NCBI GenBank assembly: GCA_963664405.1 | Contig: OY761158.1 | Coordinates: 1,856,001-1,920,000 of the forward strand | Direction of reading: 5' to 3' | DNA: 64,000 bases | DNA from: Thermoanaerobaculia bacterium | Lineage (GTDB): Bacteria; Acidobacteriota; Thermoanaerobaculia; Multivoradales; Multivoraceae | Shown here: one piece after another, positions 1-8,846 of the stretch | How positions within the stretch are numbered: the first letter of the stretch is position 1 | Layout of the letters: every line of letters begins with the position of its first letter | Notes under the pieces: model-generated | What the model was told of the DNA's origin: nothing | Databases searched by the model: none | What the model saw: only the letters and a program-made list of their open reading frames with translations | Position numbers and translations under genes: made by a program

Positions 1-1
1 G

Positions 2-1681
2 ATGAGCACAACGGCTGAAATCGAAGTGTCCCAGGCGGACGGTCTCGAAGATACAGGAGCGGACTATGACGTCATGGTCGTAGGGTCGAGGCGGCGCACA
101 CAGCTTCAGCCGGAATACCTCGAGCAGCTGTGGAGTAGGAGCCATACCCCCATTGTCGTGATGGCGAAAGACAGCGTTGAAGGGAGGGAACTGCAGGCAC
201 GGTGCGAGGGCGTACAAGCCTTTATCGAGACCAAGAAGTGGAGTCCGCCTCTCCTCGTGCTCACCATCCTCAACGCACTCTCCGAGCACCGTCTTCTCAA
301 ACAGCTCGACGCAGCCCAAAAAGAAGCCATCTTCCTGGCGACCCACGATGCTCTCACCGGTCTTCACAATAGGAATGCCTTCCGAAAGGAGCTACGGAAG
401 GGCATAAACCGCGCGACGCGCAATCGCGAGCACCTGGCGGTCGTTGTTGTCAACCTCGACGACTTCCGAGGAGCGAACAAAGTGCTCGACCGGACCAGCC
501 AGGACAAGTTACTCAAGATGGTGGCGGAACGCCTCTCGAAGGCTACTCGCAAGAGCGACAGCGTTGCCTGCGTAGGAGCTGAGCAATTCGCTGTCATGCT
601 CGAGGAGCTGAGCAAAGACGACGGCGGTCCCAGGGTTGTCCAGAAGCTTCGCGAAACCATGGCCCAGCCCTTCGACGCCGGGGAGAGGCAGATCAAACTG
701 GCCACGCGAATCGGGATGGCCGTCTTCCCGGGTGATGGCAGAGACGCTGACAGTCTAATGACGCACGCAGAGGAAGCGGCGTGCCTCAGTCAGTACAACA
801 AGGTTCGTTACTTCTCCGGGGCGCCGGACCCCGCGGCCGAGCTTAGTCTTCGCTTCGAGGAAAGGTTTCGGGAGGCTGTGGAGAACAAGGCATTCTCCAT
901 CCACTATCAGCCGATCCGAGGCACCATCGGCAACAATCTGGCCGGAGCGGAGGCCCTCATAAGGTGGACAGATCCGAACGGCGACTTCATTCCACCCGAG
1001 AAGTTCATCCCCCTTGCAGAACAGAGTGGACTGATCGTCCCGCTCGGAGCTTGGGTCCTGGAAACTGCTTGTAAGCAGTGGCAGGAGTGGCGCAAGGCCG
1101 GTCTCGTTTCGGTTCCGCTATCGGTGAATATTTCCGGTGAGCAGATCAGGAGTCCCGAGCAGGTGGGAAGACTCGCCACTCTGATCAGAGGCCTGGAACT
1201 GCCAACCTCCATGCTTCGACTCGAGATCACCGAACGCACCATCCTGGAAGACGATGAGGCCACAATTGCCGCGCTTACGATTCTCAAGTCCATGGGCATA
1301 GGCCTCAACCTCGACGACTTCGGCACCGGGTATTCATCTCTTCAGCTACTGCGAAGACTTCCCGTCGACAGGATCAAGATCGACCGGAGTTACGTCCAGG
1401 ATGCGGGGTCCGGGTCCGACACAGCGACCCTGACGGCGGCGATCATCTCGATGGCCCACCGTCTCAAGTTGAAGGTGGTCGCCGAAGGAGTGGAGACCCG
1501 ACGACAGTGGGACTTCCTGCGCGAGAATGACTGCGATGAGTTCCAGGGGCACCTCTTCAGCAAAGCCTTGTCTCCGGAGAAGCTGCTTCGGCTGCTGGAA
1601 GCAGAGAGGCGCGTGGCCGACCGGGACGACGACTCGAAGGCAAGAGGAATCGTGAGAGTTGGCCGTTTGAGCGAGGCCTGA
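2..1681 (+). CDS. GGDEF-EAL protein, probable c-di-GMP phosphodiesterase (start may lie upstream of window)
   Basis: ATHDALTGLHNR GGDEF entry motif; degenerate A-site (VGAEQF); intact EAL motifs GAEALIRW, LEITE, DDFGTGYSSL, IKIDRS, AEGVE. Confidence 0.9.
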   Translation: MSTTAEIEVSQADGLEDTGADYDVMVVGSRRRTQLQPEYLEQLWSRSHTPIVVMAKDSVEGRELQARCEGVQAFIETKKWSPPLLVLTILNALSEHRLLKQLDAAQKEAIFLATHDALTGLHNRNAFRKELRKGINRATRNREHLAVVVVNLDDFRGANKVLDRTSQDKLLKMVAERLSKATRKSDSVACVGAEQFAVMLEELSKDDGGPRVVQKLRETMAQPFDAGERQIKLATRIGMAVFPGDGRDADSLMTHAEEAACLSQYNKVRYFSGAPDPAAELSLRFEERFREAVENKAFSIHYQPIRGTIGNNLAGAEALIRWTDPNGDFIPPEKFIPLAEQSGLIVPLGAWVLETACKQWQEWRKAGLVSVPLSVNISGEQIRSPEQVGRLATLIRGLELPTSMLRLEITERTILEDDEATIAALTILKSMGIGLNLDDFGTGYSSLQLLRRLPVDRIKIDRSYVQDAGSGSDTATLTAAIISMAHRLKLKVVAEGVETRRQWDFLRENDCDEFQGHLFSKALSPEKLLRLLEAERRVADRDDDSKARGIVRVGRLSEA

Positions 1682-1713
1682 AAACCGGCCGCGCTCTGGA
1701 GCGCGGACGAAGT

Positions 1714-1878
1714 CTAGACCAGCGTTTCCAAGGTTCGTGCACATAGCTCGAGGTCATTCTGTTCGCTGGCCAGGCGCGGCGACGCAGGCATATTGGGCAA
1801 TATGTCGAGGAGGCGCAACGCCGCCAGCGGGCAGAAGGGGCCGAGATGTGTACGCGAACTTTGGAGACGCTGGTCTAG
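1714..1878 (+). repeat. CTAG-bounded palindromic element (MITE/RPE-like), subfamily A, copy 1 (165 bp)
   Basis: CTAGACCAGCGTTTCCAAGGTTCG...CGAACTTTGGAGACGCTGGTCTAG; near-identical to 5951-6116 and 8616-8781; right CTAG supplies the TAG stop of 1875..2855. Confidence 0.92.
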
Positions 1879-2855
1879 AGATCGAAATGGCAGGCCACGG
1901 TGTGGGCTTGCTCGCCGGGGGCCGCGACTTCGCGTAGCGTCGGCACCTCGGTACGACAGCGGTCCTCGGCATGGGGGCAGCGGGGGTGGAAGTGGCAGCC
2001 GGTCGGCGGATCGATCGGCGACGGGACGTCACCCTCGAGGACCTGGAAGCCGGAGCGCTTGGTAGGGTCCGGAGCCGGGATCGCCGCAATCAGGGCCTGG
2101 GTGTAAGGGTGTTTGGGGCGTTCGTAGACGTCGTCCGCGCCCGCCGTCTCGACGATCTTACCGAGATACATGATGGCGATGCGATCGGAGACGTGCTTTA
2201 CCACTGCCAGATCGTGAGAGATGAAAAGGTAGGAGAGCCCGAGATCCTTCTGCAACTCGAGCATCAAGTTGAGGATTTGACTCTGAATCGAAACGTCGAG
2301 GGCGGAAACCGGCTCGTCACAGACAACTAGCTTGGGATCGAGCGCGATCGCGCGGGCAATGCCAATGCGCTGGCGCTGCCCGCCCGAGAACTCGAAGGGG
2401 AAGCGATCCAACGAGGTCTCCGGCAGTCCGACCTTCGCAAGGAGTGCGTGGACAAGCTCTTTTCGGTCCTTTTCGGTACCGACCTTGTGGACGACGTAGG
2501 GCTCCTCGAGGATCTTGGCCACGCTATGCCGAGAGTTGAGCGAGTCGGCGGGGTCCTGAAAAATCATCTGCAGCTCACGCCGGACGCCTTTCAGCTCGCG
2601 ACGGCCCAGTTTCACCAAGTCGGTTCCATCGAAGACGACACTCCCGGCCTGGGGACGGAGCAGACGGACGATCGAGCGGCCCAAGGTGGACTTGCCGCAT
2701 CCGGACTCCCCGACCAAGCCGAGGGTCTCCCCCGCACCCACTTCCAAAGCAACATCATCGACGGCCTTACAGACCGCGGTCGCGGTCATGAACACACCAC
2801 CGCGCACCGGGAAGTAGGTCTTGAGGCCGTTGACCTCGAGCAGTGGGGAGCTCAT
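1875..2855 (-). CDS. Oligopeptide ABC transporter ATP-binding subunit (OppF/DppF-like)
   Basis: GESGCGKST Walker A, FSGGQRQR, CDEPVSALD, C-terminal GCHFHPRC and VACH motifs. Confidence 0.95.
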   Translation of the reverse strand: MSSPLLEVNGLKTYFPVRGGVFMTATAVCKAVDDVALEVGAGETLGLVGESGCGKSTLGRSIVRLLRPQAGSVVFDGTDLVKLGRRELKGVRRELQMIFQDPADSLNSRHSVAKILEEPYVVHKVGTEKDRKELVHALLAKVGLPETSLDRFPFEFSGGQRQRIGIARAIALDPKLVVCDEPVSALDVSIQSQILNLMLELQKDLGLSYLFISHDLAVVKHVSDRIAIMYLGKIVETAGADDVYERPKHPYTQALIAAIPAPDPTKRSGFQVLEGDVPSPIDPPTGCHFHPRCPHAEDRCRTEVPTLREVAAPGEQAHTVACHFDL

Positions 2856-3907
2856 GCGTCGCCGTCTCTCCGCGTGCCGGCGATCTCCCGCCAGCGAAAG
2901 CAGCTGACCTGGTGATCTCCCTCCACCACCTGGAGCTCGGGCAGCTCCGCGGCGCAGCGCTCTTCGCGGTGCGGACAGCGATTCTCGAAACGACAGCCCG
3001 AGGGCAGGTCCAGCAGGCCCGGCACCATACCCTCGATCGTGTGAAGAGGCTGTTTGCGCGGATTTTCCAATCGGGGAATGGCCTCGAGTAGGCCGCGCGT
3101 GTAGGGATGACGCGGCTCGGCAAAGATCTCTTCTACCGACCCGGTCTCGGCGATGCGCCCCGCATACATGACCACCACGTCATCGCAGGTCTGAGCGATC
3201 ACTCCCAGATCGTGAGTAATGAGGAGGATCGACAGCCCCATCTCTTCTTGCAAGTCGCTCATCAGCTTCAAGACCTGAGCCTGGATGGTCACATCCAACG
3301 CGGTGGTCGGCTCGTCGGCGATGATGAGAGCTGGGCTATTGGCCAGCGCGATGGCGATCACTACGCGCTGGCGCATGCCGCCGGACAGCTGATGAGGGTA
3401 CTCGGCGTAACGGATCTCCGGCGACGGGATGCCGACCTGCCCCAGTAGCTCGATCGACCTGCGCATTGCATCCTGCGCTGTCAGGTCCTGATGCAACAGC
3501 AGCGCCTCGGAAAGCTGTCGACCTACCGGGTGCACCGGATTGAGCGCCGTCATCGGCTCCTGGAAGATCATGCCGATGCGAGCGCCGCGGATCTTTCCCA
3601 TCTCCTCCAGAGACAGATCGAGCAGATTCTCGCCGTCGAGGAGCACTTCGCCACCCAGAATCTGCCCCATGGGCTGGGGCAGAAGACGTGTGATCGAAAG
3701 TGCGGTGACCGTCTTGCCACAGCCCGACTCCCCCACCAAGCCAACCGTCTTGCCGCGAGCGACTTTGAAACTGACGCCGTCGACAGCGTTCACCCGCCCC
3801 ACATCGGTGTCGAAGGCGGTGACCAGGTTGCGCACCTCGAGAAGATCGTCCGAGGTGGCGCTCCGATCTGCGGTTGCGTCACTCACTCCCGGGCCGGTAC
3901 TTGTCAT
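2852..3907 (-). CDS. Oligopeptide ABC transporter ATP-binding subunit (OppD/DppD-like)
   Basis: [33 protein letters not shown]. Confidence 0.95.
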   Translation of the reverse strand: MTSTGPGVSDATADRSATSDDLLEVRNLVTAFDTDVGRVNAVDGVSFKVARGKTVGLVGESGCGKTVTALSITRLLPQPMGQILGGEVLLDGENLLDLSLEEMGKIRGARIGMIFQEPMTALNPVHPVGRQLSEALLLHQDLTAQDAMRRSIELLGQVGIPSPEIRYAEYPHQLSGGMRQRVVIAIALANSPALIIADEPTTALDVTIQAQVLKLMSDLQEEMGLSILLITHDLGVIAQTCDDVVVMYAGRIAETGSVEEIFAEPRHPYTRGLLEAIPRLENPRKQPLHTIEGMVPGLLDLPSGCRFENRCPHREERCAAELPELQVVEGDHQVSCFRWREIAGTRRDGDA

Positions 3908-6143
3908 AGGTGAAGACGCCGGGCGGGAATGTCTTCCCTGACCGCTTCGCCGCCCGGGTCTCTTCCTTCAAATCCTCGTCGATCCAGTGCACCCAGTGAT
4001 CCTCGTAGTGGCCGGCCAGCTTCACACTGAAATCGTCGGGCCAACCCACCCAGCGCCACGACCCCATGCGCAGAAAGGGCTGCACGAAGCCGGGAATGAA
4101 GATCGCCGCTTCGTCGACGATCTCCTCCATCTGACGCGACAGCTCGAGCATCTCCCCTGCATCGTCCGAGCCACGATAACGCTCGATCAGCGGATCGAGC
4201 TCACGGCTGGCGAAGGAGTGAAGGTTGTTGGTCTGGGTCTTGACCTTGCGTTCCGGGTTCACAGACCCGTCGGCAAGAAACGCTTTATCGTAGGCGTTCA
4301 CCGAATGGTAGGTCTCCCAGTAACGCGGGTACATCTCCGGACTGACCGCGAAAGCGGTGAAGACGAGATCGTGCTTCTTCTCTTGCGCCTTCTTGAACGC
4401 AGCGGTGGCGTCGAGGACCTCGAGCCGGTACTCCAGACCCGCCTGCGCTGCTTCTTCTCTCAGGATGGTGAGGATGTCCTTGAAGCTCTGGTAACCGGTG
4501 GTCAAGGTAAAAGAGAGGCGCTGCCCTTGGGCGTTGACCAGGATGCCGTCAGACCCACGCTCGTGGAACCCGGCCTTGGCAAAGCTCTCGAGGGCTTTCT
4601 CGACCGAGTAGGAGCGAGCCTCGAGCGTAGGATGAGTGAACTCTCCGTACCCATCCGAGGAGGTCCGCATGCGGGTGTAGGCACCGCGGAAGTACTTTTC
4701 GATCACCAAGTCCCAGTTGGTGGCGAAGTGGAGACCCTGGCGAATGTCGCGGTCCTCCAGCAGCGGCTGCGCCGTGTTGATCCAGAGTCCCCAAGTCGGC
4801 CGCGGGACGTCGTTATAGAACTCGTGCTTGTGAACATAGCCGTCCCGAACCAGAGGATGGTCGTCGGCGAGCTTGTCGTACCAATACTCGGGCTCTCGCA
4901 TCCGCGAACTATCCAGCTCCCCACGCTTGAACACCTCGAAGGCCTTCGCTTTGTCGCGAATGATCACGAAGTGAATGCGCTCGGGGTTGAACCTGTAGCG
5001 CCAGAACTTGTTCTCCCTCGCCCACCAGTTGTCGACGTGGGTGAAGGTGAGCGATCGTCCTTTGTGAATGTTCTCTGGACGGATCTCATAGGCACCCGTT
5101 GTCGGCATGAAACGCCACTGATAACGGTCGACGAAATCGTCGCCTAGACTCTTGAAGAAGTGCCGCGGAAGAGGCCGTAGCTCGAGGACGCGAGCGTTCA
5201 TGTCGGGCTTGGCCTCGGGCACCGAGACCGAGAAAGTGAGCTCGTCGTAGCGGGCTACCTCGGTGAAGTTGCGGTTGAAGAAATTGTTCGAATACGGCGC
5301 ACGGATGTATTTCGACTGGTAGAAGAAGAACGCGAAGAGAGCATCATCGGTGGTGACCGGATGCCCGTCCGACCAGCGAGCAGCGGGGTTGAGTCGGACA
5401 TACACCGTTCTCGTCTCGCGATCGATCGCCCACTCCTTCGCCAAGGCGGGGTAGTAGCGGTGCCCGTTGGGCCCGATATTGGTTACATTGGGATGGCGTT
5501 GGCCATAGGTGTAGAGCGTTTCGTCCTGTAGATAGCTGCGGAACGAGCCGTTGGCATCGGGGCCAACGGTACGTAGGGTGCGCGGAAAATCCGCCAGCGC
5601 CATAAATAGGGTGCCGCCCCTCTTGGCCTCCGAAGACCCGATATCGGGCAGGTCCATTCCGTCGTCCCATTCGAGGTCGGCGGGAATGTCCTCCGGTGTC
5701 CCGAAGCGAAAGAGCTTGGGAAACTCTCCTGCCGCCTGCCGCGAGTCGAGCTCCTCCTGGGTGATCTCTCCGCGCTCGAAGGCCTCGCGTACTCGAGGAG
5801 GCATCGAGACCTTGGTGCGGTAGAACTCCTCGATCTCCGCGGTGTTGTCTCTCCCTAGGTCGGGAAAGTCCATGTCTGCGCCCGCGTCGCCTGCTCCACA
5901 ACCGATCAGGAATGACCCCAGCGACACCGCCGAGATGAAGGTCCAGAGCGCTAGACCAGCGTTTCCAAAGTTCGCGCACATATCTCGGGCCCTTCTGCCC
6001 GCTGGCGTCGTTTCGCCTCCTCGACATATTGCCCAATATGCCTGCGTCAGCGCGCCTAGCCAGCGAACAGAATGCCCTCGAGCTATGCAGCACGAACTTC
6101 GGAAACGCTGGTCTAGATCTCGATTTGGCATTTGTGCCCTCAT
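3879..6143 (-). CDS. Peptide ABC transporter substrate-binding lipoprotein (YejA-like, family 5) carrying an in-frame palindromic insert in its signal peptide
   Basis: ATG 6143 just after the upstream permease stop; lipobox FLIGC; AKRGGTL, ARWSDGHPVTTDD and LEDRDIRQGL motifs. Confidence 0.88.
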   Translation of the reverse strand: MRAQMPNRDLDQRFRSSCCIARGHSVRWLGALTQAYWAICRGGETTPAGRRARDMCANFGNAGLALWTFISAVSLGSFLIGCGAGDAGADMDFPDLGRDNTAEIEEFYRTKVSMPPRVREAFERGEITQEELDSRQAAGEFPKLFRFGTPEDIPADLEWDDGMDLPDIGSSEAKRGGTLFMALADFPRTLRTVGPDANGSFRSYLQDETLYTYGQRHPNVTNIGPNGHRYYPALAKEWAIDRETRTVYVRLNPAARWSDGHPVTTDDALFAFFFYQSKYIRAPYSNNFFNRNFTEVARYDELTFSVSVPEAKPDMNARVLELRPLPRHFFKSLGDDFVDRYQWRFMPTTGAYEIRPENIHKGRSLTFTHVDNWWARENKFWRYRFNPERIHFVIIRDKAKAFEVFKRGELDSSRMREPEYWYDKLADDHPLVRDGYVHKHEFYNDVPRPTWGLWINTAQPLLEDRDIRQGLHFATNWDLVIEKYFRGAYTRMRTSSDGYGEFTHPTLEARSYSVEKALESFAKAGFHERGSDGILVNAQGQRLSFTLTTGYQSFKDILTILREEAAQAGLEYRLEVLDATAAFKKAQEKKHDLVFTAFAVSPEMYPRYWETYHSVNAYDKAFLADGSVNPERKVKTQTNNLHSFASRELDPLIERYRGSDDAGEMLELSRQMEEIVDEAAIFIPGFVQPFLRMGSWRWVGWPDDFSVKLAGHYEDHWVHWIDEDLKEETRAAKRSGKTFPPGVFTYDKYRPGSE
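5951..6116 (-). repeat. CTAG-bounded palindromic element, subfamily A, copy 2 (166 bp, in frame within CDS)
   Basis: Full element with terminal inverted repeats; reads LDQRFRSSCCIARG...NFGNAGL in the frame of the binding protein. Confidence 0.92.
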
Positions 6144-6153
6144 AGGTCGCCAG

Positions 6154-7245
6154 TCACATATAGACCGTGAACTTCTTCGGGTCGAAGGCCTCACGCACGG
6201 CCTCGCCGACGAAGTTCACCAGGGTCAAGATGAAGACCAGGGTGACGAAAGCGGAAGAGATGATCCAAGGGGAAGTGGTCAGGCTCGCCGTTCCCTGCTT
6301 GAGCAGCTCGCCGATCGAGGGAGTCGGCGGCGGAAGCCCCCAGCCGAGGAAGTCGAGGGCGGTCACGGCGACGATCGCGTTGATGACGGTCAGCGGCACG
6401 AAGGTCACGATCGTCGAAAGCACATTGGGAATGATGTGGCTGAAGATGATCCGCGAAGTTGAAGCACCGAGAACGATGGCAGCCGCCGTGTAATCCCTCT
6501 CCTTCTCGCGATAGGTGGCGGTGCGCATGTAGTAGGTCATCGATGTCCACGAGAAGAGCACCATGATGGCGAGCAGAATCGTGATTCGGGTCGGGATATC
6601 GAAGCTGGTCGGAATCACCGAGAAGACGATGATCACCATGTAGAGGAAAGGGATATTCGACCAGATCTCGATCAGACGCTGCACAAGAAGATCGAAGACG
6701 CCTCCGAAATAGCCCATCATGCACCCTAGAGAAATCCCGATCAGATAGGTCAGCGACATGAAGGCCAGCGCAAAAAGAATAGCGGTGCGAAAGCCGAAGG
6801 CGAGGCGCGCAAAGATGTCGCGGCCGGTCGAGTCGGTGCCCAGATAGTGCCTCGAGGCCAGCGAAGGCGGCGCAGGCTTGAACACTCCTTCGTAGGCATC
6901 GTTCTCATAGGCGTCGTAGGGAACGAGAGGCATGAGCACCAGGTTCTCGCCGCCTTCGCGCTCGAATCTCCGTTTGAGATCGCGATAGTCGACCGGAGTC
7001 AGCGCATCTACACCCACCGATCCGAACTCGTCACCCAGCCGCACCCGAGTGTAGGTGGGGAACGACCACTCACCCTCGTAGCGCACCGCCAGTGCACGAC
7101 TATTGATGAACACCTCACCCACCAAAGAGAGAGCGATAAAGACCACCAGGATCAGAAACGAAAAATAGCCACGTCGTATTTCTCTGAAGCGCTTCAACTT
7201 CTTTGCAGTAAGAGGGTTGAGCTTCATCGCCCAGGTCCGGCTCAA
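6154..7245 (-). CDS. Peptide ABC transporter permease (YejE/OppC-like)
   Basis: LNPLTAKKLKRFREIRRGYFSF, HYLGTDSTGRD, LDFLGWGLPPPTPSIGELL. Confidence 0.93.
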   Translation of the reverse strand: MSRTWAMKLNPLTAKKLKRFREIRRGYFSFLILVVFIALSLVGEVFINSRALAVRYEGEWSFPTYTRVRLGDEFGSVGVDALTPVDYRDLKRRFEREGGENLVLMPLVPYDAYENDAYEGVFKPAPPSLASRHYLGTDSTGRDIFARLAFGFRTAILFALAFMSLTYLIGISLGCMMGYFGGVFDLLVQRLIEIWSNIPFLYMVIIVFSVIPTSFDIPTRITILLAIMVLFSWTSMTYYMRTATYREKERDYTAAAIVLGASTSRIIFSHIIPNVLSTIVTFVPLTVINAIVAVTALDFLGWGLPPPTPSIGELLKQGTASLTTSPWIISSAFVTLVFILTLVNFVGEAVREAFDPKKFTVYM

Positions 7246-8267
7246 GAGAAGCGAATGCGCGGATCGATCGCGGCAACGAGCGCGTCGGAGATGATGTTGC
7301 CCACCAGCAGCGCCAAGCTCGACGCGAAGACAACCCCCATGACCACCGGGTAGTCTCGATCGAAGACGGCGGTCAGGCCGAGCAGACCGAAGCCGTTGAT
7401 GTCGAAGATGGTCTCGATCAGAAACGAACCGCTGACGATGAGCAAGACGTTCTGGCCGAAGGTGGTGGCGATCGGAATCAGCGAATTTCGTAACGCATGC
7501 CCGGTGACCGCCTTGCGAAACGAAACCCCCTTGGCGACGGCGGTGCGGACATAGTCGGCAGACAGGTTGTCCATGAGGTGGTTCTTCATCAACTGCGTGG
7601 TTACCGCAAAGCTACCGACGAGATAGCAGCACAACGGCAGGACCGCATGGTGCAACACATCCAAGACCTTGCCCCAGGGACTCAGAAGGTCGAAGTCGAA
7701 ACCGATGAACCCACCCATCGGGAACCACTCGAGGCGAGCGGCAAAAAAGAAAAGCAGAAGACTTCCCATCACGTAAGGAGGAACCGCATACCCCATGAAG
7801 ACGAAGATCGAGGTGACGTTGTCCATCGCACTGCGATGTTTGATTGCTTTCACCACCCCGAGCGGGATGCACACCGAGTAGGTGATGATTACCGTGGCCA
7901 AGCCGAAGAACAGAGAGATGGGCAACCGAGAGCGCATGATGTCGACTACCGGCTCGTTATACCGGTAGGACGAGCCAAGATCACCTCGGAGGACCTTGCC
8001 CAACCATTCGACATAGGAGACGAGCCACGGTTTGTCGAAGCCGTAGTACTCCTTCAGTTGCTGGATCTGCTCATCCGAGAGCGCCTGTCCCTGCCCGGAG
8101 AGCGAATTCGAGCTGCCGCCGCCAGTAGCATCGAGCTGTTGCGCTTCCATGATTGCCCGCTCGAGCGGACCTCCCGGCACCACCCGGGTGATCAGGAAAA
8201 CGACAATTGTGATGCCAAGTAGGGTCGGGGGAATTAGCAAGAAGCGGCGGATGAAGTAGTCCCGCAT
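7242..8267 (-). CDS. Peptide ABC transporter permease (YejB/OppB-like)
   Basis: YFIRRFLLIPPTLLGIT..VPGGP, DYVRTAVAKG, HALRN, IDPRI. Confidence 0.93.
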   Translation of the reverse strand: MRDYFIRRFLLIPPTLLGITIVVFLITRVVPGGPLERAIMEAQQLDATGGGSSNSLSGQGQALSDEQIQQLKEYYGFDKPWLVSYVEWLGKVLRGDLGSSYRYNEPVVDIMRSRLPISLFFGLATVIITYSVCIPLGVVKAIKHRSAMDNVTSIFVFMGYAVPPYVMGSLLLFFFAARLEWFPMGGFIGFDFDLLSPWGKVLDVLHHAVLPLCCYLVGSFAVTTQLMKNHLMDNLSADYVRTAVAKGVSFRKAVTGHALRNSLIPIATTFGQNVLLIVSGSFLIETIFDINGFGLLGLTAVFDRDYPVVMGVVFASSLALLVGNIISDALVAAIDPRIRFS

Positions 8268-8300
8268 GGACCACGGGAGGCTAGCACAGCAGGCCCCGAA

Positions 8301-8606
8301 TCAAGGGTGGCCCAGCCCGGGAGTCGGGCGCGCTCCTAGCCCTTCCTGTCGCTGTCGCCAGCGTTCTCGCGCTTTCTCCGCTTCTTCTTCACGGTTCTTG
8401 GGCGCAACGGTGGCCACCAGCCGAGACAGCAGCTGCGCGGTGACCTCGGCGATAGCGTCTACGGCTTCTTCGAAGGCGGCCTCATTGGCGCGCGACGGCT
8501 TGGTAGAGCCGCTCACCTTGCGAACATACTGGAGCGCTGCGGATCGGACTTCCTCATCCGTGGCGGCGGGCTCGTAATTGTGGAGAGTACGGATATTGCG
8601 GCACAT
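8301..8606 (-). CDS. DUF2277 family protein
   Basis: MCRNIRTLHNYEPAATDEEVRSAALQYVRKVSG family signature; GGAG RBS. Confidence 0.85.
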   Translation of the reverse strand: MCRNIRTLHNYEPAATDEEVRSAALQYVRKVSGSTKPSRANEAAFEEAVDAIAEVTAQLLSRLVATVAPKNREEEAEKARERWRQRQEGLGARPTPGLGHP

Positions 8607-8615
8607 TCTCCAATA

Positions 8616-8781
8616 CTAGACCAGCGTTTCCAAAGTTCGTGTGCAATAGCTCGAGGTCATTCTGTTCGCTGGCCAGGCGCGCCGACGCAGGCATATTGGG
8701 CAATATGTCGAGGAGGCGAAACGCCGCCAGCGGACAGAAGGGGCCGAGATATGTGCGCGAACTTTGGAAACGCTGGTCTAG
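8616..8781 (+). repeat. CTAG-bounded palindromic element, subfamily A, copy 3 (166 bp)
   Basis: Perfect 24-bp terminal IR CTAGACCAGCGTTTCCAAAGTTCG; lies between divergent genes. Confidence 0.92.
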
Positions 8782-8846
8782 GCCAAGTCGCCTGCGAGCC
8801 TGGTAGCCTGCGTGCACCAACCCAGACACCCAACAGGGGGCAAGCC

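Noticed and set aside
8680-8730. Hammerhead-like look of the repeat core (CTGACG/CCGACG ... CGAAAC)
   Set aside because: The CUGAUGA and GAAA core is not properly matched or positioned, and GAAAC varies to GCAAC among copies.
8580-8846. N-terminal extension of the 750-aa ORF
   Set aside because: Arises from the open frame of repeat copy 3 and overlaps the DUF2277 start; ATG 8847 has an RBS and gives a plausible signal peptide.
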